A stretch of DNA of 64,000 nt from Takakia lepidozioides (taxonomy: Eukaryota; Plantae; Bryophyta), in NCBI GenBank assembly GCA_030704615.1, contig CM060733.1, positions 51,832,001-51,896,000 on the forward strand, written 5' to 3'. A program made the translations under genes and the position numbers. Shown one piece after another: positions 51,726-64,000 of this stretch; the first letter of the stretch is position 1; each line of letters starts with the position of its first letter. A model generated the notes under the pieces. That model was not told where the DNA came from, ran no database searches, and saw only the letters and a program-made list of their open reading frames with translations.

Positions 51726-53145
51726 GCATGAAGGAAAGAGGGAGGCAAGAGGAGAATGAATTGAAGATTTGGTTCTTAACTGATATGCAGCTTATGGCCG
51801 TTTCATGATGGTGGTGGCTGATACAAAATTCACAATATGGCAGTCTCAGAGGACCTAATGTTATTGGCATGGGAATAGCAAAAAGATTTGTAAAGAAATC
51901 AGCTATACGGGCAACAACATCATCAAACACCTTACAGTAAATAAATTTGTTGAGATTGTTTTTTAGAGCTCCAAATGAAAAAGCACTCCAACTAGAGAAA
52001 TCCCATTAGAGTAATACATTTTACCACAAGTGATTTGACGTGCTTGTAAACCTGGTTCAAATTTTGATATGTTGTCATAATATCGTGTACATGTAATTGT
52101 AAGGTCTTGATAATGATAATGGTAAGATAATACTAATTATAAGTCTTATAAATCTTATAGTAAGACTTATAAATCTATAGATCTTATAGTAAAACTACAA
52201 GATCTCATAATATTACTAATAAACCAAGAAGAAATCGACATTTGTCAGATACATATAGGACATCTATTTTTTCTTATACTTGTGATACCTATGTGACATA
52301 TTTGGTGGCAATCAATTCTCAACATCTTTTATTTGGGCTAAATTATGGTACAAAAGGCTTCTTGTAGGTATACAATTTAACAGTTGAATTGCCCCTTTGA
52401 CAATTCCACATTTTATTTTAGATAGTTTACCATACTGCTATTTATGTTAGTTCATGTGATGTAATTCATTGTCAATTTATTTATTAAAGAGAAGTTATAA
52501 GGTTGGCATTTTGGGGTTGCTATTTTGACTTGGATATTGTAGGGTTATTATTTTGAAATAGATATTTTAATATAGATAATAGTTTTTATATTACATCCTT
52601 TAACTTGCGACATTGAAAATCGTTATGTTTAAAATATAATATAAATAAAACTACCATGCTTATACATTACTATTTAGATATGTCTCAAATCTTGAATAGA
52701 ATGTGGAATACCTTCAAAGACTATAAAAGGGCGAAGTAATATATTTTTCAATCACATATGTAGTATATAATACCTAGTATCAATTAATACATGAAAAAAG
52801 GATACTATAATAAAGTTGAATGATCATTTAAAATAAGTAATCTCAATTTAGAAGTGAGATTGTCAATTTCAAAATTGGCAGCTTCATTAGATCAATTTCG
52901 ATATCTGATAATCAATTTCATGATCTCATAAGATGAAATTGTGAACTTCATCACATCAAATTGTCTGTTTTTGTTGATCTCAATATTATATCATAAAAAA
53001 TTTCCAATCTACATAGTTTATAAGCATTTTTCAATTTGAAACTTTTAAACATGTAATTATAAATGCCTACATAGAATTAATTCCCAACTAGTACATAGTT
53101 CACTACTACAGCCTTTCACATTTCTATAAAGGAACTATCTCTCAG

Positions 53146-53421
53146 CAGCGTTTTTTTAATTGGCGAATTTTCGCCAGATTTTGACCTCAGCAAATAAAAT
53201 GGAAATTTCAGTCGCAAATTCCCTGTTTTTTCATGCATGAAATAGCCAAATTTGTCCAAATAAAAAATTATATTATGGATGTCCTCGCCAAATATGGAAT
53301 ATATGAATGGATGAAAGTACATAGGTGGATGAATTTTAGTGGATGAACAGAATTTACCACTATTTTTGCAGAACTCTGTAGCCACTCGTGTTGTTTTCCA
53401 AATTTCTTAGAAAAAACACTG
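53146..53421. mobile_element. hAT-type MITE (276 bp)
   Basis: TIRs CAGCGTTTTTT / AAAAAACACTG; perfect 8-bp TSD TCTCTCAG (53138-53145 and 53422-53429). Confidence 0.92.
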
Positions 53422-53538
53422 TCTCTCAGGTCCCATAATGAGACATGGGGAAAATAATGTATAAAAATAATGTATTACTCCCACTAATACTTATAAGCTC
53501 TTTGTAAATAGGGATACACGAGTAGAGCATAGGAGCCA

Positions 53539-53820
53539 CACTATAGGAAAAGGGGGGCCTTTGCGATGCCCGCGCCACGCCGTAGCGTCGGGAAAACGCC
53601 CTTTTCGGGCACGCGGGAGGCGCATAATTTGTGATGCCCGGCCGCCACCCTGCAGTCGCAAGGGCGTCGCCAAAATGACGTCGCAAAAATGCGACGTATG
53701 GGGTCGCGAGCCCCCGCCCCAACTCCCGCGAATGCCGGACGTCGGTTTTTCAGGCCGTGCGTGCCGATGGCAGGAGCCTCTTCGGGCGACGTCTCGCCGT
53801 CGCTGCCCTCCAGCCGTATT
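53539..53820 (+). mobile_element. Orphan CACTA-type terminus with GC-rich subterminal GCGAC/GTCGC repeats
   Basis: CACTATAGGAAAAGGGG at 53539 followed by ~280 bp of CpG-rich motifs in an AT-rich background; no matching opposite end found. Confidence 0.55.
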
Positions 53821-55667
53821 TCTACACGGTTACAGACAAAACATGCTCACGTTATACACAATTTGATGTTTAAGTTTAAAGCTCTAACATAAAGATAATT
53901 CTTGAAGTCTTATTCTCCCAATGTAAGCTGAATTCTTATTATTTTGTTGGATTTTTTTAAATGAAACACTAAATATTTTTCCATAGTATCGGAAATTTGA
54001 GAGTGAAATAACAAATATGTTAAGATTAGAGAAGTTTGAATGTGTGGAGAAATGCACTGATTTGGTACTCAATGTCCCTTCAATGTGGCTAGAAATATTA
54101 TGAATGAAAAGCTATCATTTTTAGAGAGGTGCATGATTATTTAGCCCTATATTTCGTCTATGTCACACACAATTGAAAAATTCAATTGATATGGAAATTA
54201 TACATTTTACATAATACGGCCCAGTTGTTGGGGCTGTAAACCCCCCAAAAATAGAAAAAAGGAAAAAAACCATCAAAATACTTCTCAAAATTATTTTGTA
54301 AATAGCCAAAAAAAAAATTTAAAAAAAAAAAACATAGTTTATCTATCTCACTTTGGTGATTAAATGCTGTAATAACCATTCTGTTTTCAAACCTCCATTT
54401 GCTCCTTGTCTTTTAGTATGGCATAGTATAAGCCAACAATAACATTCTGACTTCATGTGAGCCTGAGTTCCAGGACTGTATTCAGTAAGAGTGTCCGATC
54501 CATTTGGTCCACCAATGTATTGCCAAAATAGATCTAGATTGTTGTTTTCAAGAGCAGAAACTGGAGCATCGAGACATACTGTTGTCAACGCTACGTGGAA
54601 GATATACTTGTTCTCGTCAGGTTCAAATGACGAGGAACCGAGATCGTAGGCAATATCCCGAATGTTTGATATTACCCGCACTTACCCACAACATAATAAA
54701 TAATCAAATTGCATTTTGATATTATAGATCTGAAAAACTGACATGCTTGACAGGAAGTTTTTCCCATTATGTTTTGACATGCTGAAGCAGTACATGACTT
54801 TCATTGGCAAACTTTCAGATTCACAGAACTTGTGGAGAGGGGGCAGAAAAGGCTGGGGAGCTTCAGAAGAGTGTCGAATGCTACGAAAGGGTACCTGGTG
54901 GTTTCCCCATATCCAGCTTGTAAATTATAGATTTTGTAGCGCTATTCTCTGGGACACCCACTGAAACATATTATACGTGAGAAGAACTCGTTACAGCTAG
55001 TTCTAAGTGAATTCATAAGATGAACCTGAGTCCTCTACGGGTTCTCAAACTTTGCTAGATGATAGGGGCGGATAGTTCTGCTCGCCCATGTAAGATTTTC
55101 ATAGCTGCAAAAATTTGTACTTGTAGGCCTGATTTAATTACTTATTAAAACCAAGCTCATCGTCTCTCTATAATCACGTTCGGCTTCTAAGCTTATCTAT
55201 TAATCCTTAAGTATTGAATACTGACATGTGAACATGGATGCAGGCGTTAAGTCAGCCGAGACAAGCAACTACAAGCAACAACGTGGTGGCTGTAGGTGAT
55301 GCTCGACACCAGCTTGGCCTACTACACTCCCGGCTCAATCATTCCAAGATATTTCCAAATCCATTTGTAATAATGATTTTTAATATCTGCAATCGTAGGT
55401 CATTTATGATGTAATAATTTGAATCAACAAGAAATTACAATGAGTCTGACCTGATTGTTTTCCGACAGTCGAGGCCTCATTGACAACTCATAATCAGTTC
55501 CACCAACCCCTGCTGCTTCCCAAAGATAAGCTTGTGGTCGAGACATTTATCTCGATTTCGAAGATATATGACCTTCAACAAATATACACATTGATGAATT
55601 GAAGTTCCATCTGGTTCAATTAGGAGTGTCACAAAAAATGTACAACATAAGGTTTAGTATTGTAGAC

Positions 55668-56533
55668 CTGATTATGTACCGAGGGGCCTGTAATGAATGG
55701 TGTCTTTCTTGCTTGAGGCCAAGCACTTTCCAAGTCTTGCTTGATTAGACCATGCTCAATTGCAAAATCAGATCTTATGTTCTTTGGATGACCATATCGA
55801 TCTACAGCTTCCCGGTAACCTTCGAAAATGGTCTCCGCCCTTTTGTCAGAAGCAACTCTTGCCCATAATACAAAGTGCGATGCACCATCTATGCCACCAT
55901 GCACACGAAAACCCCACATAGCGAGCTTGTCGTAGGCTGTGATTTATCAGTTACACAAAGTTTCATAAATTAATGGTGACATTCAGATCTACAAATAGAT
56001 TAATATCATTACATTCATCGTAATATTTCCTCCTCTAAATTTCTCACTTGCATTGGTTACATGAGAAGTTCACAAAAAAAATTCGAAGTATAGATCTATA
56101 CATGTGATGAGTACTTACAATCAATATGCCATAGGCGCATTGGCTTAACCACGCTGTATTGGCCCTGGGCCATCCACACCAAACGTCTTCGGTTCAGATG
56201 TTGTGGTGCTAAGACATGTAATGCGTTCCGCACTTGTTCTCGTGATACTCGATGATGGTGTGCTCTCAAGACTGCTTGGACGAGACGGATGCCCCAATTT
56301 GCACCACTCTTCTCCATTGGCACATAAGTCTTTATGAGCTCTTGAACTTGTAAATTAGTAAGTTTTGGTTTTACCCCTGTCCAACCTTCTTTGACTAGTT
56401 TTCTCCGCAGGACATTTCTGTGCATGCTCAAGCTTTCAGCGATCTGGCTGAAAGTATAACCATAATCAAGTCCTTGGTCCACTATTTTCATAAGACTTAA
56501 CGATGTTGGGCTTTCTGGGATAGACCCCTCCAT
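55668..56533 (-). CDS. IS3/IS481-like integrase-core (IS3EU-type) DDE transposase, spliced, probably decayed at the 3' end
   Basis: Exon to 56119 spliced to exon 55936-55668 reads WGIRLVQAVLRAHHHRVSREQVR..YSVVKPMRLWHIDSYDKLAMWGFRVHGGIDGAS..AVDRYGHPKNIRSD..ITGPSVHNQ; canonical GT-AG junctions. Confidence 0.8.
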
Positions 56534-58640
56534 GTCTATGCACCTGCACGCACATTTATGGTGTTCAATCTATACCATGCAAACAACACTAGTAAATAAT
56601 CTATATAAAATTTTGAATTTAGCCTTAAATTACTACAATTCATGAAATATAAGATATTACCATGAGAGAATATGCTAGCAAAATGTTGCATACCTTGGAT
56701 GAACATGGCAAATGTCAGGACCTCTTGATACTTCACCTGTTTCACCAGTCTTGCTCAAATATGAAGGATCATATAACATAGTCGAGGAGACAATTATATT
56801 GGATCATGTATTCATAATTTTTTATATTCGTAAAATAGGGGTAGGCATGACTAGTACTGGGTGTACTTTGAAAGCAAGCTACATATATCAACAACACCTC
56901 AGAGCATGCCAACAACATGGAAGCTTCAAAGTTTTCTTCATGGACACTACATAGAATGACTCCATTAGTGTGCCGGTCAACGAAATTGTCAAGAATTCCC
57001 ATGTTTGGTAGAAGATTTGGTATTCGAATAGGTTTTTTCTCAAAACTCCCAAAACTCACAATTGCCTGTCAAACTGGCGAGAGAGAAGTGAAGCAGCCAA
57101 GTTTACCTGCACCAAGGCCCAAGGTCTGAAGCGGTGCTCCTGCAATAATGGCAGGAGGAACTCAGCAACCTGTTTCACAAGTGAAAAACGCTCACCTATC
57201 ACAACCAAGAAAAAAACACTTTGTAGAAAAGTACTTTTGCTGGAGAGAGCACGCATGTGAGAGAGAGATCAATTACCATAGGATTCACATCTTTCCCCCA
57301 TATACCATTCTGACTGATGGTGACCTAATTTCATTGAATGTGAAAGACTGGCCAAAGAATCAATTAAACTCCAAAGCCACAGCTTCCAAAACCACGAGTT
57401 GACCATCAGTTTCTCAACCAGACCTTGGCTTATCCACTGCCACCATATGAGAACATTGAATAGACACTTCTAGAGACAAATGAGACTCGATTTCAATTTC
57501 AAGAAGGGAACGTGCATCGCATAAACCCTGACACATTGTCTGAGCTGATTTTGGAGGTAGGTGTACACCCTAATAATAAACTAAGCATCCAATCGTGCGT
57601 GGAATGAAAAGAGGTAGAGAGAAGGGCAAGGAAAATACCACCTTAGGTTGCGGAAGGTAGCAGAGGTATAATTTTGCTCCCATATTTCCACGGGGCTAAT
57701 GCACAGCCGATATCAACAGTTTGGCTACAGAGCCATGTGTGTTTCTTCAAAAGTTCGAATCGAGCTGACCTCAATGCGGCTACAGCATCCCTCTGCCTAC
57801 CCTCTCGATCAGAAGCTCACACAATGCTTGCAAGATCGCCCAATCGCTGATCCAAGCTACGCTTATGAATAAAAATACCTGGTTTTCAAGGGAAGCCAAA
57901 GTAAGTCAGAATTGAATCCACTAATCACCTTAGCAGTCTGTGGTATTACAATCAACCCATTGATCCTTGCTGAAATTACTAGATCCACCACTACATGCGC
58001 TTGATTGTGAAGCCCTCTTATATCAACTAGAAACTACTACACTGATCATCAAGACATTTCTAAGGTGCTCCAGACTTGCTCCAAAACGACAATATCACGT
58101 AGTATCGTGTTCTTGAAGATAGACGATATCAGGTAGTATCGTGTTGTTGAAGATAGATTAATTGAAGACATTCGGATCAGCCGTTTGAATCTGGCCACAT
58201 ACGATATGGCAGATACGGACATTTATCAAAGTACAATCAAATTCAAATTGCAGGTGTTTCGCCATTACCTCCGTATGTACGTGGCTACAGCGTATTGCCA
58301 GGCCTCAGGTACTATACTTAACCAAAACTCTGCCCACTTTAGGGCAGTACTTAAAATCGTATTTTTCAAATTTTTATGTGCTTTGGGCCTTTGGCTGTCC
58401 CAAAAAGAAGTTCCCCTTTATTGGCTGGTTTAATAAAGGAAAATAGTGATTTTTATTATACGAGTATGGCTTCCGTGTTCCTACAAAAGCGTTATCCTTG
58501 GGAGAGGTTTTGAGGTCAATCCCATGTCACCCATACCTACCTACTTTCAATACTATCTTGCTATAAGATGGATTTTACGTATATCTATATAAAAACTCTA
58601 CAATTGTTAAAAATCATTTGGCCACAAAGGAACTAATATA

Positions 58641-58817
58641 GATGGGTCTACCAGGGCTGCATGCGTAGTTAGGTCTATTTTCTACCCTGTTCACTGATCG
58701 TTGGAATCTCCAACACGGTCCCCGTGTGTTAAGCCTCATGGCAATTGTAAGGGTTTAATTTTTCCCTTTATTAATAAATTTTCATGGCCTCTCATCCCTT
58801 AAAAAAAAAAAAAAAAA
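58641..58817 (+). mobile_element. Short 5'-truncated non-LTR retro-insertion (LINE/SINE 3' end)
   Basis: AATAAA at ~58773, an A19 run, and TSD AACTAATATA at 58631-58640 and 58818-58827. Confidence 0.85.
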
Positions 58818-60169
58818 AACTAATATACATATATGTATAGATGACACACATTGTTTTATTTCAACTAATTACATAATTTTTTCATTATTGTATTATTTTA
58901 GTAATTTTTTCCCAATTATATATGTTTCCTTTTCATAGTATGCCTCGGTAATATGTTAAATCGCTGATTTACTTAAAATCATATATACATTCTATTCAAG
59001 AGATAGTGTTAAAACTTATTTCACTGTATGTACATTCATAACATATGCCATACTATGACATATTTGGCATTGTTATGCTAGGGCATAGCATGTGATGGTA
59101 CATAGATACATCCACCTTTAGGTATGGCATTGGCATTGGCCATGTGCATGGGATAAGCACGACTCACATCGCGCATAGGGGCATGCCAGTTATGGCACAT
59201 AGTCAAAATGAAGTAATGAAATAATTCAGGTGCAAATGGGCCACTGGCCTCAGCAAACGTCCCATTTGATCTATGTTTCAGGAATATTTCTTTGTATTCT
59301 TGACATGTGGTGCAGATTGGCTGTTCCTGGCATAGGTGCAAGTGGGACACTATAGCGGGGCCTGGCGAGCTGGTGCCAGAATGCACCTGGGTAACCCACC
59401 CTTTTCGCTTGGGAAGGGGGGAGCATGGCGCCCTAAATCCAAGGGCTGGTGCCCCATCGCACCAGGGGTCAGCACAATTTCGCCACATACACCTATCTCC
59501 ACCGTCCGATCTCCAGCCACTAGCCATATTGTAGATATATATGTAGCCATATTGTTAGCCTAGGTGGCATCTCCACTTATATTCCATGGACCAGCCGATC
59601 GACGAGGTTTGCAGGCAATCAGAGTGACCACACAAGGGGATCAAGGGGATGAAAAAACCCGTGTCTATACATTTTGTCTAGAAAAGGTACTTGAAAGCCT
59701 TTCATTCACTCTTGAGTTCTGTTTCACCCCCACCTACAACAAATGCTAGCCTTGATGTGAATTAAAGTAGATTTACTGATTAATTGTTCCCCTTAAGCAT
59801 CACCCACTGGTGCATCTGGGAGGCTTAGAGAATCTCTGGCCAGTGGGAGCAGAGGGCATTCTGGGTCACATTAGAGTTGAATGGTATTCTTCTTTTCCTT
59901 GTTCTTCTATGATTGGACAGTGAATAATACTACGGTTGGGTTGTTTGCCTTCCGTCCCCTGCCCATTCACTCCTGGGAAGAAAGAGGCTTTTGATGCACA
60001 GTGATGGCTGATTGTCCCTTTTGAATGATTGCAGGTTCAAACTGGGGCCTACAAGGATTGCTGGATGGTTGTTTGAATGCGGGTTGGAGACTATGCTAAT
60101 GTTTAGTCAAAATGAACTCCTTTGTCTTTGTTGAGGTGGAGGCAATATAAAGATACCAATTTGTGTCCA

Positions 60170-60420
60170 TATGAGGGCCAAAGGGCTTAGACAAAAACTT
60201 TTATAACCTTCACAAGAATGTTTCAGCACTTATGGCAGAAGTGAATCAAGATGAAAGCCTGTAAGTGGGAAAGCAGGTGCATGGTCACAGAATCCTAAGT
60301 GGATTCACGCCAAATGTTTTTCTACCTGAACGAGCTTCGATCATGAGGAATGCAATGATGGCAGTATTCACCAGGCATGGGTGTGGTAAGAATGCCTTGG
60401 ACATGATGAGAAAGAAGTTT
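60170..60420 (+). pseudogene. Isolated PPR remnant
   Basis: GKQVHGHRILSGFTPNVFL..FTRHGCGKNAL, similar to 30090-30300. Confidence 0.65.
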
Positions 60421-60499
60421 ACTCTCCTCACATACTTTTCTGACAGCTGATTTTGACAGTTCCCAGTTGAGTGCTCAGGCTTCATTTTTCGGTCTATGA

Positions 60500-62000
60500 T
60501 TTGTTTGGCAGTGATTTCATGAAGTGATCACATGTTTGCACGAAGCATAAGCAACAAATGGCAGCGAGACTTCTTGGGAAATCTTTGGACACATCAAAGT
60601 GGGGCATATTACTCTCAGAGTTGGTTTCCTTAGGTTGCCATTCACGATCCTGCAGTTCGAGATGTTCTTGTAATGTAATCTACATATCTTGTTGATGTTG
60701 TCGTTCGGATGTAGTGTGAATCCAGAGCCAGCTTCGTTCACCGGAGTTAGGGTCAGCGGGCCTCACTTGCAGTCCTCTCATAATATAGATAACCGTTACC
60801 TTCATGAACAATCTACTCCAACTTCCACAGAAACCACAGAAGGTGCAGGGATGTTTTGCTTACCTTTCGCTTCGGTGAAGATGGACTAGTGAGCTGTCTC
60901 AATTTCTAGCGTTTCAATTGGAAGCATTCTTGGAGATCGTTCATCAGAAGGACTGCTGGACTGTCTTCCTTATCTGGCGTTGGAGGGCAGGCACGCTGTC
61001 TGTAAGTAGATTTGAAGTAGTGCACGCAAGGCAGCTAAAGAGTGATGAGGTCGTTGCCTTGCCCCACCGGGCACACTGCAATCTTCACCGGTCGGATATA
61101 CAGGCCTCACCCCGAGTATGCTTTCACGAACAACAACTTGTCACCGAAATTTAGCTAGGTGCAGTCGGAGAAGGCCGTTGTTTGCGGTTTCATTGTTCCC
61201 GTACCTGGGTTTTCTCTATCACCTTACGAAGTCCAAGACTGCCCCCAAGCTCACGCTGTTTGGTTTCTACTTCCTGCTCGCTTTTGTTGGCGCCACAAGT
61301 ACCCTCCTGACCCCTCTACTCATTGTGTCCTCCTACCCATTCAATGAACTGATGCGTACAAGGTAGAAACGGACGTTTATTTTGATTCTCGCAAATATTT
61401 TACCTTATGTCGTAGGGGTGATTTGGGAGCGGCTGGCTTTCCATAGATAGTGACGCTGCTCGGATCCAGTAGCTCAAAATGCACAAGGGCATCCCATGCT
61501 TGCTCCATAGAGCCCACAGAACCAATCACACGAAGAATTCGTGTGCAATAGGTGATGCCCAAGTCACAGCGACAATTGCACCGCTGCATTACTTTGCGGA
61601 AGGGCAACTCCGGAGCAACTGAGAGTAATATGCAGGAGAGGATGATGACGATAGAATTAGCGCTATTTCAGTTCGCTCAAAAAGGGGACAATGCAGTTTT
61701 TGAAAGAAAACAATGCCTGCTGGCAGGCTTTTGTGTCTTCGTGAGTAGGTCCGATAGGTTTTCGTTGAGGCATTGCCTTCAAGCTGGCAGGCAACGCCAA
61801 CGATCATCCTTAGCCCTCTCCAACTTTGTTTGCCACAGCTGTTTTTCTTTGTGCATAAGCTGTTCGGAGATCACCTAGTGGCACCACCCACCTCTTTCAT
61901 TGCCCAAGTTTCTTCTTCCCGGGAAACACAATCTCAAATGATTGAAAACGTGCAACCTTTCTGTTGGCAAATACACTGCCTTTGTAAAATTTGGAGCATA
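60500..62000 (-). mobile_element. Possible heavily decayed LINE (endonuclease/RT-linker debris)
   Basis: Only weak fragments: SWRGLR, HEDTK, EQAWDAL..ELLDP and KICRLHYKNI, in an order compatible with L1 ORF2. Confidence 0.3.
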
Positions 62001-62890
62001 GGCTTCACCTTTACTTCCTTTTCTTATCCTTTCCTCCCTTCCATCTGCTGTCCAAACTGCTGTCCGAACTGGTTGTCACAGGGTTAGGGCAAATTCTACT
62101 GAATTTCTCTCTGTTTCCCTTTCATTATTGATAATCTGGAGGGTGGCCAGCAATTTCATTCGGTGTGCCGATTACGAGAAGACTGTAGCTGGTTTAGGGA
62201 TATGTAAACTGTGATTGTGGGTCCTTCAATCCTGAAGGCATGTTTTGTGAAGGTCTTTTGATGGGCATTAATGATAGAAGTTGCAACATCATACAGTGAT
62301 GATTCATTCTCTCTGTAGCTCGGTCGTGTAAGTATTGGTCTCTGTCAAAATTCCTCTTCTCATCACCTGCAGGCGTACATTTATGATTAGGTGGATGACT
62401 GCTTTGTTGTGGGCCGGTGATATGTTTTGGCCGTCGGAGCAGTTCCTGCAGGCATTTATGGTAAGCTTTGTCTAACTCATTACTGAATGTGAGGTGCCAA
62501 TCCCTTGTTTGACTTTACTGTCATGGTGTGTTCTGCAAGGAAGTCAAACCTCATTGGAGTTTTTAATGTTTGTTCTCAAGAGGTTTTGTCTCTAGCCCTG
62601 TCTGCTTGCAATGGTTGCAAGGCGCATACTAATGATTATAGTTGATGTTGTCTGACAGCTGGTCGCTGACATGTTAGGCTGCAGAAAAGGTCCACTATGG
62701 AACGTCATTATCAAACGTGGACTGGCTGCATGGAGGAGCAGAGTCCTTGTTGACTATTAATCTCTTCATTGTGTTTGGATTGCGGAAAGCATTGCGTGAG
62801 ATGGAGGACAGGTCTGTGCACAAGATGAAAAGAATGTGCCTCTTTCCAAGTGATGTATGGCAGGTGCTCATACCCAGGCCACACATGCCA

Positions 62891-63113
62891 CGTTAAAAGC
62901 AGGTGTGGCGGATTCTGCCACTTTTTCGGCCTACTTCTCAGGCCGAACCGGCAACCAAGGGCAGAATGGGCAGGGATGGCCGATTACGCACAGAGGACGG
63001 CAGACCTACCACCAAGACCCATGTCATTTCGCCCGTTTATATGTTATCTGGGGCTCTGAATCTATCATATTGCGCCACGTAGCGGAAAGAATCTGCCACA
63101 CCTGCTTTTAACG
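62891..63113. mobile_element. 223-bp MITE-like inverted-repeat element
   Basis: 24/25-bp inverted repeat CGTTAAAAGCAGGTGTGGCGGATTC (62891-62915 and 63089-63113) with CCA on both flanks. Confidence 0.6.
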
Positions 63114-63816
63114 CCAGTGAACGGGCCGCATTGGCCGACTCTGCCCTGACTCTGCCCTGTGCGTGGCCATAGGGCTCACCCAAAGGCCGCTTACAGGGCA
63201 GAATCAGCCAACGCGGCCCGTTCTCTAGTACGGATGTCCGTTGGCAGGACGCACTTCTGTGAACGCAGTTGCCGAATGTTGGGAGTGGATTGGCCGCACC
63301 AGCCCCAGCTAGCCTCAACGTTTGCTGGTGGGGCCCGGTTTGAACGGCAGGGATGCGGTCTGGATCAACGGCCCAGATCGATGCAGGTAAAAATGGCTTC
63401 ACGGCAAGCATAGCACGTTCTCGACGCTCCTGCACACAAAGCAAGCTATGGCGTTCTTCTCATGTAATGCCCCACATACTCTATAGTTTTCAAGGTCTCC
63501 AGTCTTGCTCTAGGCAATTCACACGCAGGTCATCATTTTTGTTGTTAATTTTCAAGTGCATTTTCGGTCGGATCTTATCTATGGATCCCATAGAATTCTT
63601 GATGTTGTCGCCTATTTTCGCAGCAGATTCAGATTCCATTCAACAAATTTTCCTTCTCCTTTGTACGGTCGTGGTTACTGAGTATGTAAAGCAGAGAGGG
63701 CTTTAATCCTAGAGCTAGTTGTGAGTTACTACCATTCAGGATATGTGACCCCAAGTTTGCATATCACTTATCACTGAGAGAGGGACAGATAGAGGGAGTG
63801 AGAGGGAGACATCAGG

Positions 63817-63916
63817 GGGCAACAAAGAAAAGAAAGAAGGTGGGGGGGGGGGAATGACTGAGCAACTACTGCTGCTCAGTCACTCCCCCCCCACATTTTT
63901 TTTTTCTTTGTTGCCC
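63817..63916. repeat. ~100-bp fold-back hairpin
   Basis: GGGCAACAAAGAAAA..G-run..TGACTGAGCA, 8-nt loop, TGCTCAGTCA..C-run..TTTCTTTGTTGCCC; AGGGACAGAT repeated at 63781 and 63936. Confidence 0.75.
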
Positions 63917-64000
63917 TCTCTCTTGGGGAAATAAAAGGGACAGATCCTACCTCTGTCAGGGGCTGACGTTGGTAGTAAGACTTACCTTCACATATAGAAT

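Noticed and set aside
45430-53100. Helitron
   Set aside because: Internal satellites are suggestive, but I found no Rep/helicase motifs and no 3' hairpin plus CTRR terminus.
53101-53115. CACTAC.. as a CACTA terminus
   Set aside because: No subterminal repeats follow and no partner TIR was found.

Overview
Eukaryotic nuclear DNA with GT-AG introns, dense in transposons and pseudogenes. The gene families point to a non-seed land plant (moss, liverwort or lycophyte-like; this is inference). I found no intact host gene, RNA gene or CRISPR-Cas system. Left to right: (1) a decayed Mutator-like transposase with GCM-like, MULE DDE and SWIM regions (~11-3570, -); (2) a complete 12.1-kb CACTA element (3961-16039, 32-bp TIRs, TAA TSD) with TnpD-like and TnpA-like genes arranged divergently; (3) a 5.8-kb TIR element (16825-22601, 10-bp TSD) carrying a 64-bp tandem array built on the palindrome ATTTCGGCGCCGAAAT and a spliced, decayed gene resembling N4/N6 DNA methyltransferases, the best candidate for an unusual system here; (4) decayed PLS-type PPR genes fused to OSB-type PDF ssDNA-binding motifs, including a young 371-bp amplification; (5) a kinase-like fragment between hairpin arrays; (6) a rearranged RNA Pol IV/V largest-subunit pseudogene; (7) a hAT-like element with RING and DYW cargo; (8) ~120-bp satellites, MITEs, an IS3EU-like transposase, a short poly(A) retro-insertion and LINE debris. 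All family assignments come from motif recognition by eye, not from database searches.
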